Below, one piece after another: positions 57,259 through 64,000 of a stretch of 64,000 bases of DNA. The DNA is from a bacterium. GTDB lineage: Bacteria > Cyanobacteriota > Vampirovibrionia > Gastranaerophilales > Gastranaerophilaceae. The stretch spans positions 8,534-72,533 of the forward strand of contig JAFQLC010000002.1 of the NCBI GenBank assembly GCA_017396695.1, in the 5' to 3' direction. Within the stretch, counting starts at the first letter, position 1; every line of letters begins with the position of its first letter. A program made the position numbers and the translations under genes. The notes beneath the pieces are model-generated. The model had not been told where the DNA came from. It ran no database searches and worked only from the letters and a program-made list of their open reading frames with translations.

Positions 57259-57965
57259 ATTTTTGCCCCTTCTTCTTTTAGTTTTTCAATTGCGCATTTT
57301 GCAGCAAGTGTTTGTGCTTGTTTTTTTGTTTTTCCTGAACCTTCGCCAAGTACATTATTTTGCCACACAACTTCGTAAGTGAATGTTTTGTTGTGTGATT
57401 TCCCTGTTTCTGCTGTTAAATTGTATTCAGGCAACGTTGCGTCAATGCTTTGAGTGTATTCTTGAAGAACTGCTTTGTAGTTTGAGGCTCGTGCCATACT
57501 TGCAATTTCATCAATTTCTTCTTTAAAGTTATCTAAAAAGAATTTTTCTGCTCTTTCGTACCCTGCTTCTAGAAATATTCCACCAAGCAAGGCTTCAAAA
57601 ACACAGGCTAGAACTATATCTTTTGAGTATGAAGAATTTTTCATGTCTTCAGACATTAAAATTAATTCTTCAAAATCAAGTTTTTGAGCTAGTTTCGCAA
57701 GTGTCTCATCTGAAATTACTGAATTTCGTTTTTCTGTTAAAACACCTTCAAGTTCTTTATTGTATTTTTTGAAGAAATAATTACTCACAATGAGCTTTAA
57801 AACCGCATCACCAAGAAATTCAAGCCTTTCATATGACTCTTTTTTTTCTTGAGTGTGCGAAGGATGCGTAAACACTGTGTTTAAAAGACCAACAATTAAA
57901 AAAGGTACGTTTATTTTTTCGCTAAATTCAGATAATTCACGATTTCTGCTAGCCGAAATAAACAT
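57255..57965 (-). CDS. rnc: ribonuclease III
   Basis: The ERLEFLGDAVL signature and a C-terminal dsRBD (YKAVLQEYTQ ... GSGKTKKQAQTLAAKCA). Confidence 0.92.
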   Translation of the reverse strand: MFISASRNRELSEFSEKINVPFLIVGLLNTVFTHPSHTQEKKESYERLEFLGDAVLKLIVSNYFFKKYNKELEGVLTEKRNSVISDETLAKLAQKLDFEELILMSEDMKNSSYSKDIVLACVFEALLGGIFLEAGYERAEKFFLDNFKEEIDEIASMARASNYKAVLQEYTQSIDATLPEYNLTAETGKSHNKTFTYEVVWQNNVLGEGSGKTKKQAQTLAAKCAIEKLKEEGAKI

Positions 57966-58899
57966 TTATAAACCCTTTTAGATAATTAACTAAATCGAAA
58001 AACAGGTTGTTTCCGTGTGTGAAATATACAAAGTAGTAATAAACAACAGGTGCTGCAAAAATGTAACTATCTGCTCTGTCTAAAATTCCGCCATGCCCAG
58101 GAAGGATGTGACTTGAATCTTTAACACCTGCATCTCTTTTGATTAGTGATTCACTAAGGTCTCCAAGTTGGGCTGACACAGTGATTAAAACGCCTGCAAT
58201 TACGCATTGGAGAAGAGTGAGTTTTGTATAAAATACTCCGAATAAACAAACAAAAATACAGAACAATGCGCCAAACACTGCACCCTCAACAGATTTTTTG
58301 GGGCTTACTTCTGGCGCTAGCTTTGTTTTGCCAAACTTAGAACCGAAATAATATGCGCCAACATCTGTTGCAATAACTGCTAAAAACGCGAATGTTAAAA
58401 GGAATAAACCTTCGTTTAGCGATATTTTGAATGCGCCAACACCTTGCATACCAATTTGTCTAAGCAAAAGCACGTGAGATGTTAACCAAGCTGAATACAT
58501 TATGCCAAGTGTTGTTGTTGCAACGTTTGCAATGTAGGGTTGTCTTCCTTTGAATAAAACAATTAAGAAGGAACCAATGATAGCAGCACATGTGAAAACT
58601 GGCAATAAATCAAATCTATGGAAAAAGATAAGTGATGTAAACGCTATTGCTGCAACGATAATCACTCCAAGGCTTGGGTGAAAACCTTTATGTTGGAGAA
58701 TTTTTACATATTCTTTTGCCATAAGGCAAATTATAACCAAAACTAAGGCTAAAAGGGGCGCGCCACCCATTATGATAAATGCCATACATAAGACACCAAC
58801 AATCCAGCCTGTTAACACTCTTCTGACTTTATTTTGTTTTGGTGTTTCTTGAATTTCTGTATCTTTTTCTATGATTTCTTGTTCCAAGTTTTCAGACAT
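57949..58899 (-). CDS. cdsA: phosphatidate cytidylyltransferase
   Basis: Polytopic protein with the C-terminal signature SLIKRDAGVKDSSHILPGHGGILDRADS. Confidence 0.9.
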   Translation of the reverse strand: MSENLEQEIIEKDTEIQETPKQNKVRRVLTGWIVGVLCMAFIIMGGAPLLALVLVIICLMAKEYVKILQHKGFHPSLGVIIVAAIAFTSLIFFHRFDLLPVFTCAAIIGSFLIVLFKGRQPYIANVATTTLGIMYSAWLTSHVLLLRQIGMQGVGAFKISLNEGLFLLTFAFLAVIATDVGAYYFGSKFGKTKLAPEVSPKKSVEGAVFGALFCIFVCLFGVFYTKLTLLQCVIAGVLITVSAQLGDLSESLIKRDAGVKDSSHILPGHGGILDRADSYIFAAPVVYYYFVYFTHGNNLFFDLVNYLKGFINVYFG

Positions 58900-59459
58900 T
58901 ATACTGTCATTACCTCTTTATCTTTTGCGCTAACTAATTCATCAATTGTTTTAATGTAGTTATCTGAAATTTTTTGGATTTGCGCTTGCGCATCTTTCAT
59001 TGCATCTTCAGGAATGTTTTCAGATTTTTCAATTTTTTTAAGGTCATCAAGCATATCACGACGAACATTTCTTACGGCAACTTTTGCATTTTCGCCCATT
59101 GCTTTAACTTCTTTTGCAATTTCTTTTCTTCTATCTTGAGTAAGAGGTGGGAATGAAAGTCTAATAACTGTTCCGTCATTATTTGGAGTGATGCCAATTT
59201 CAGCCTTTGTGATTGCTTTTTCAATTTCTTTAATCATTGATTTGTCAAAAGGCGAAACAATGAGTGTTGTACCTTCTGAAACTGAAATTTGCGCCATTTG
59301 GCTAAGCTTAGTAGGAGCTCCATAATAATCAACTAAAACTTTATCTAAAATAAGCGGATTTGCTCTTCCTGTGCGGAGTGTAGCAAATTCTTTTTTCATT
59401 TGAGCAACGCATTTTTCTGATTTTTCTTTACCTAGTGCGTAAATTTCATCTACTGGCAT
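58899..59459 (-). CDS. frr: ribosome recycling factor
   Basis: 186 aa. FATLRTGRANPLILD, PPLTQDRRKE and VRNVRRD. Confidence 0.95.
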   Translation of the reverse strand: MPVDEIYALGKEKSEKCVAQMKKEFATLRTGRANPLILDKVLVDYYGAPTKLSQMAQISVSEGTTLIVSPFDKSMIKEIEKAITKAEIGITPNNDGTVIRLSFPPLTQDRRKEIAKEVKAMGENAKVAVRNVRRDMLDDLKKIEKSENIPEDAMKDAQAQIQKISDNYIKTIDELVSAKDKEVMTV

Positions 59460-59461
59460 AT

Positions 59462-60184
59462 TTATTCTCCTACTATCGTACCTATTTCTTTATTTTGTAA
59501 AATATCAATTATGCTGTTTTCTTTTGCAAAATCAAACACCCTGATTGGCATTTTGTTATCTTTGCAAAGTGAGCATGCTGTTAAATCCATAACTTTTAAA
59601 TTATCTTGAATAATTGTGTCGTATGAAATGTAATCGAGTTTTTTAGCATTTGCATCTTTTTTAGGGTCGGCTGTATAAACGCCATCTACGCCGTTTTTTG
59701 CCATAAGAAGCGCTTCTGCACCGATTTCAACTGCTCTAAGTGCTGCGGCAGTATCCGTTGTGAAGAATGGATTACCTGTGCCTGCTGCAAAAATAACCAC
59801 TCTTTTCTTTTCGAGGTGGCGAATAGCTTTTAGCCTGATATAAGGCTCTGCTACTTGATTAATTGTAAGTGCTGATTGAACTCTTACAGGAATTTTTAGC
59901 TCAGTCAATTTGGATTGAAGTGCCATTGCGTTCATAACTGTTGCAAGCATTCCCATATAATCGCCTTGCGCTCTTGCCATTCCAAGTTTTTCAGAGTTAT
60001 TCATACCTCTGAAAATATTGCCGCCACCAACAACGATTGCAACTTCTGCGCCAAGTTCGTGCGCTTTTTTAATTTCTTCGCATATAGTTGTTACAGGGTT
60101 TGGGTCAATGCCGAATGATTGTGTACCAAGGAGAGCCTCTCCGCTAACTTTTAATAAAATCCGTTTATATTTTAAATTTTCCAT
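59462..60184 (-). CDS. pyrH: UMP kinase
   Basis: YKRILLKVSGEAL, VVGGGNIFRG, GTGNPFFTTDTAAALRA and VDGVYTADP. Confidence 0.95.
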   Translation of the reverse strand: MENLKYKRILLKVSGEALLGTQSFGIDPNPVTTICEEIKKAHELGAEVAIVVGGGNIFRGMNNSEKLGMARAQGDYMGMLATVMNAMALQSKLTELKIPVRVQSALTINQVAEPYIRLKAIRHLEKKRVVIFAAGTGNPFFTTDTAAALRAVEIGAEALLMAKNGVDGVYTADPKKDANAKKLDYISYDTIIQDNLKVMDLTACSLCKDNKMPIRVFDFAKENSIIDILQNKEIGTIVGE

Positions 60185-60227
60185 ACTTTTACTATATCAA
60201 AAAACAAATTTAATGTATAATGTTTTT

Positions 60228-61442
60228 ATGAAATTTATTAACAAAAACGCTAATGACTTGCTTTCAAAGGATTTTAATCTTTCGGCTAAAGCTGCACAAT
60301 CCGTAATAAATTTTAAAGATATTAAAACTTTCGAAGAACTTTCTCAAAACGAAGATTTTATTTTTGATTTTTTAAAAGATAAAATTGTTAAAAATCTTAT
60401 TCGAGCAGTTAATCCTCAAAACGTTCAAAATTGTTTTGAATTTATGAAAGTTTATTCATATTCTTTCTCTGATGCTATTATTTCTCCGCTTGTAAAATTT
60501 GCTTGTGAAGATATAACAGATGCCATGCTTGAAAAATTCGAATTTGGAACTGAATCTGAAAAAGCATATGCAGCACTTTATTTTGCAAGAATTTTAGACC
60601 CTCTTGCAACACCAATTGCTAAATCATATCTAGAAGCTCAGTATGAACCATTGAAAGTTAATTCAATCAAGCTTTTGGCGGCACATAATGTGCGTGAAGA
60701 ATACGATAATGCTATACTAAAGTTAAATTCTTCTGACCCTGATATTTTATATTCTGGAGTTGATTTTTTAATTAACTACGGCGATATCAATGCTATGCCG
60801 CAAATTTTAGAGAATATTTCAAGCACGCCTTATGGTGTTGATTTTTCTTCTGACTTACTTTACCTTGCAGATTTTAAAACAATTGCTGAGAATTTTGATT
60901 TCAAATATTTTAATTTGTTACTCTCTAATCTTTTAGAAGGGATTCCTGATTACATAATTTTGAGCGAGTTTTTGGCTTACGAAATTTTATCTGCTTTAAA
61001 TATTTTAAAAAATAAAGAAATAACACTAGATGGCGCTGTTAATTTATTAAAAGCCAAAATAAAGTTTAAAGTTTATAATGAAAATGAAGCTTATTTGCTT
61101 GATTTAGATAAAAACACTAAACAAAAATTATCTGAAATTACTGAGTTTTTAAATTCCCTCGATAATATATTTTTATCTCAACTTTATGAAATTTTGGCAG
61201 AAAATTTTACCGATAATGAGTATGCATATGATATTTTAGATATTTTTCAACAAGAAAATTTATCGAATTTTGCTGAGTTGATTTCAACTTCTATGTCTAG
61301 TTTTACAAGCACCCCTTTAATATGTAAATCTTGCGAAGTGCTTAAATATTTTGGAAAACTAAATTCTGTTAACCCAACTGATGCAATTACATTGGTTCAA
61401 GGCGAGCAGGCAAAAGCCCTTATTCAAAGTTATTTTTCATAA
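60228..61442 (+). CDS. hypothetical alpha-helical (HEAT/ARM-like) protein
   Basis: The first 70 codons of the listed ORF (60018) are antisense to pyrH and were rejected. The Met at 60228 (or 60213) lies in the intergenic gap. Repetitive helical sequence, no catalytic motif. Confidence 0.55.
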   Translation: MKFINKNANDLLSKDFNLSAKAAQSVINFKDIKTFEELSQNEDFIFDFLKDKIVKNLIRAVNPQNVQNCFEFMKVYSYSFSDAIISPLVKFACEDITDAMLEKFEFGTESEKAYAALYFARILDPLATPIAKSYLEAQYEPLKVNSIKLLAAHNVREEYDNAILKLNSSDPDILYSGVDFLINYGDINAMPQILENISSTPYGVDFSSDLLYLADFKTIAENFDFKYFNLLLSNLLEGIPDYIILSEFLAYEILSALNILKNKEITLDGAVNLLKAKIKFKVYNENEAYLLDLDKNTKQKLSEITEFLNSLDNIFLSQLYEILAENFTDNEYAYDILDIFQQENLSNFAELISTSMSSFTSTPLICKSCEVLKYFGKLNSVNPTDAITLVQGEQAKALIQSYFS

Positions 61443-62018
61443 TTCGCTCAAATAAGGCTCAACTATTTTTTTTAGTTTTTCTCTTGCACGAGATATTCTA
61501 GATTTTACTGTACCTAAGTTTATTTTTGATATTTCTGCAATTTTTGAATAACTGAGGCCTGCTATATCTCTCATTATTATTGCTTTTTTGTATTCGTCAG
61601 GCAAAAATTTGATTGAATTTTTAACTTTGTTTTTAAGCTCTGCAACCAATATTTCATCTAGTGGATTGGTTGTGTTATTTGGAATATTCTTTGAGATTTC
61701 CGCCAGTTCATTATTTGTCATATATTGAAATTTGCTTTTTCTTTTTAATCTTAAATAATCATATAATTCGTTTCTTGCAATTGTTTTTGCCCATTTTGGA
61801 TATGTGCTTGCTATGCGGAGATTCTGTATGTTTTTTGTTATTTTTATAAGTACATTTTGCACTAAATCCTGAATGTCATTTGGAGGCAGATTATGCTTTC
61901 TAAAAAACGCTCTGCACACTTTTGATTCTCTTTCTAAAAGCTCTTTTAAGGCACTTTTATTTCCATTTCCTGCAAGGTATGCAAGCGTTTTGAGATTCAA
62001 CTTTGGAATTTCGTTCAT
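61437..62018 (-). CDS. ECF-type sigma-70 family RNA polymerase sigma factor
   Basis: A region 2-like segment (DIQDLVQNVLIKITKN ... WAKTIARNELYDYLR) and a region 4 HTH (IIMRDIAGLSYSKIAEISKINLGTVKSRISRAREKL). Confidence 0.8.
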   Translation of the reverse strand: MNEIPKLNLKTLAYLAGNGNKSALKELLERESKVCRAFFRKHNLPPNDIQDLVQNVLIKITKNIQNLRIASTYPKWAKTIARNELYDYLRLKRKSKFQYMTNNELAEISKNIPNNTTNPLDEILVAELKNKVKNSIKFLPDEYKKAIIMRDIAGLSYSKIAEISKINLGTVKSRISRAREKLKKIVEPYLSEL

Positions 62019-62117
62019 TTTTAAAATATAGTTGATTTTATGTTATTCTATTTATACACAAGTGTTTTTGATGCTTCGGTAATTTTTCTTGATTAAAATT
62101 TGCATGGAATTTTCGAT

Positions 62118-62498
62118 ATGAATGTTAAAGAATATTTGCTCTTAAAAAATAAAAACATTTGCACAATTAGCCTAAATTCGGCCAATCTTAACAATTTTCT
62201 TGAAGAATTAACTTCTAAAATTAATTCTGGTTTCAATTTCTTTGTAGTATCTTTTTCTGAACTAGATGATGCAACTGCTTTTGCTATCCTAAAAAGCGCA
62301 AGGCAGATTGTTGCTGAATATGATGCTTTATTTATAGTTTCAGGAAGAGCTGATTTTGCATATTCACTTAAGGCTGACGGTGTTTATTTAGATAAGTCTC
62401 ATCTTGAATTTAATAATTTCAAAGAAATTTTTTCAGAAAATTTTATTCTCGCATCATCAACAAATTCAGGCATTTTGGCTGATATTTACATTGATTGA
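62118..62498 (+). CDS. short ThiE/TenI (TMP-TENI)-like protein lacking the C-terminal third
   Basis: ALFIVSGRADFAYSLKADGVYLDKSHL ... ILASS parallels the ThiE pattern (liiNDrvDlAl..gADGVHLGq.D ... iG.S), but the ORF ends shortly after it. ATG at 62118 is preferred over the TTG at 62100. Confidence 0.45.
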   Translation: MNVKEYLLLKNKNICTISLNSANLNNFLEELTSKINSGFNFFVVSFSELDDATAFAILKSARQIVAEYDALFIVSGRADFAYSLKADGVYLDKSHLEFNNFKEIFSENFILASSTNSGILADIYID

Positions 62499-62572
62499 TA
62501 TTAATTTGATATACTAAATATATAAAGTTTTGTTACAAAAAAGCAATTTCTAAACTCACAAATACTTTATTA

Positions 62573-62806
62573 ATGAGTAAGAGATATTTGAGAGTTATAG
62601 AGATGAACGAAATTAAATTAAACACAATTTTTAATATTATAGTTGACCCAGTAGACAATGTTTACAACCTTGATTCAGAAAAAAGCATCAACAACATTAA
62701 AGCTATTCTTAAAACATTCAAAACTGTTCAAGAACAAAAACAAGATTGCAAAATGATTTCCGCAAGAGGTCTTGTTGCATTCAGAATGTTAGTTAGTAAC
62801 AATTAA
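62573..62806 (+). CDS. small hypothetical protein (77 aa or shorter)
   Basis: Supported only by the ORF plus the downstream terminator. The alternative Met at 62603 is possible. Confidence 0.35.
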   Translation: MSKRYLRVIEMNEIKLNTIFNIIVDPVDNVYNLDSEKSINNIKAILKTFKTVQEQKQDCKMISARGLVAFRMLVSNN

Positions 62807-62823
62807 TTTGTTTATTAAAATTT

Positions 62824-62852
62824 AAAAGCTCCACATTTTGTGGAGCTTTTTT
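62824..62852. terminator. bidirectional Rho-independent terminator between convergent genes
   Basis: AAAA-AGCTCCAC-atttt-GTGGAGCT-TTTTT. Confidence 0.8.
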
Positions 62853-62855
62853 CGT

Positions 62856-64000
62856 TTACATTTTACTTATTTGTTTTAATAATTCGTCATTTGCTCTTTG
62901 TAGTTGAGGGTCTCTGTTGTTTTCTACATCTTCTTTTGTGATTTCAACTGTAATATCAGGCTCGATTCCCTTTTTATTTATATCTGTGCCTGCGGGAGTT
63001 AAGTATTTTTGAATCGTTATGTGCATTGCAGAGCCATCTGGAAGTTTGTTAATTTCTTGAACAAGCCCTTTGCCAAATGATTTTTTGCCAACAATTGTTG
63101 CCCTGTTGTTATCTTTTAGTGCGCCAGATAAGATTTCACTTGCTGAAGCTGAGCCACCATCAATTAAAACAAAAATTGGTTTTGTAAAAATTTGATTACC
63201 CCTTGCTCTAACTGTTTCTTTATAACCATCTCTATCCACAGTTGAAACGATAACTTCTTTTCCAAGTAGCATTTCTGCAATAAAGGTTGCATTTGTTAAA
63301 AGTCCGCCAGGGTTTGACCTGAGGTCAATAATAATACCTTTTTTATCTGAATAATCAAACAATGCGTTTTTAAATTCTGAAGCCGCATTCCTTGAAATAA
63401 AAGAGCTTAAGCGAATGTAGCCAATTTCATCTGAAATTTTTGCATATTTTGGTGCTTTTGTTGAAACTGATTTTATTTCAATGTTAGCTCTAGTAATCGT
63501 GTATAATTTCGGTTCAGAGCCTTTTCTTTTAATAAGAAGAGTAACTTGTGTTCCTTCTGGGCCTCTGATTTTATCTGCAGCTACATCAACAGTTATGCCT
63601 TTTGTTGATTTGCCGTCAATTTCAAGTATTTCATCTTCAGCAAGAAGCCCAGCACGTTCTCCTGGGGTATCTTCAAGAGGAGCAATAATTAAAAGCCTTC
63701 CTTCTCTAACGCCAATTTGCACACCAATACCCTTGAGAGAGCCTTGAATTGAGGCTGTTTCTTCCTGAAATTCTTCTGGGTTTAAAAATTTTGTGTAAAC
63801 ATCATTTAAGCTTGAAACCATTGTATCGATTGCAATATATGCATCTTTATCTGTTTTTAGATGTGCATCGTATTTATGGCGCCACCTTTCCCAATCTTGA
63901 TTATTATTTGTTTTATCAACAAATTTCATATCAATTAATTTCCAGACCCTGTCATATGTTTCTGCTGGAGTTGAAGCAAAAATTGGGTTAGTTAAGCAAC
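62856..64000 (-). CDS. S41 C-terminal processing peptidase (Ctp/Prc family), 5' end beyond the window
   Basis: PDZ region (GIGVQIG...IIAPLEDTPGERAGL...DEILEIDG) and the catalytic block IIDLRSNPGGLL ... LIDGGSASASEI ... GKKSFGKGLVQ. The frame stays open upstream of the listed Met (..LTNPIFASTPAETYDRVWKLID-MKFVD) through nt 64000. Confidence 0.88.
   Translation of the reverse strand, partial: CLTNPIFASTPAETYDRVWKLIDMKFVDKTNNNQDWERWRHKYDAHLKTDKDAYIAIDTMVSSLNDVYTKFLNPEEFQEETASIQGSLKGIGVQIGVREGRLLIIAPLEDTPGERAGLLAEDEILEIDGKSTKGITVDVAADKIRGPEGTQVTLLIKRKGSEPKLYTITRANIEIKSVSTKAPKYAKISDEIGYIRLSSFISRNAASEFKNALFDYSDKKGIIIDLRSNPGGLLTNATFIAEMLLGKEVIVSTVDRDGYKETVRARGNQIFTKPIFVLIDGGSASASEILSGALKDNNRATIVGKKSFGKGLVQEINKLPDGSAMHITIQKYLTPAGTDINKKGIEPDITVEITKEDVENNRDPQLQRANDELLKQISKM

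Noticed and set aside
60018-60227. First 70 codons of the listed ORF 60018..61442
   Set aside because: They are antisense to the well-supported pyrH coding sequence. A Met in the intergenic gap (60228 or 60213) is the plausible start.
1-64000. CRISPR arrays, rRNA genes, IS elements/transposases, prophage blocks, toxin-antitoxin pairs and known defence-system genes
   Set aside because: I looked for regularly spaced repeats, rRNA-like conserved stretches, DDE/serine recombinases, capsid/terminase/portal genes and known defence signatures (nucleases, STAND or SIR2/TIR domains). I did not recognise any in the translations or intergenic DNA.

Overview
Low-GC (roughly one-third G+C by eye) chromosomal segment from a diderm, LPS-making bacterium. 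The lineage cannot be fixed from this window. Pointers are the glmU-prs and pyrH-frr-cdsA synteny, SpoIID, an SLH-domain protein, LpxI and a cyanobacteria-like tRNA-Ile, which fit a Melainabacteria/Vampirovibrionia-like or Negativicutes-like organism (inference only). About 60 CDS are tightly packed. Housekeeping blocks: kdsB; spoIID-murJ-tsaC; fba; rmlC-rmlB-GT92-rmlA; glmU-prs; ffh; xerC/D; lptB-lptF/G; trpS; lptC-lptA-lpxI; pyrH-frr-cdsA-rnc-rpe; rplS; rbgA-rnhB; an ECF sigma factor; and an S41 C-terminal processing peptidase that runs off the 3' edge. A glycan cluster at 35.2-38.7 kb holds GT2, a 4-epimerase, a GT6 and another GT2. There is one tRNA-Ile(GAU), with a truncated 5'-half copy directly upstream. 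I saw no rRNA, CRISPR array, transposase or prophage block. The unusual content is a set of large orphan proteins. These are a 1011-aa glycine-zipper membrane protein followed by a YugP-like HExxH protein, a 1653-aa coiled-coil protein, a coiled-coil/EF-hand/CHAP protein with no signal peptide, and a 906-aa protein carrying a UbiB/ABC1-type kinase domain. Three of them appear to share short collinear N-terminal motifs, which suggests a paralogous family with variable C-terminal domains; this is a hypothesis and has no statistical support here. Other oddities: a bacterial GT6 with an NxN motif, a PMVK/dNMP-kinase-like P-loop protein, and a small internally duplicated His/Asp-rich protein. All calls rest on reading the ORF translations and the DNA; no database search was run.
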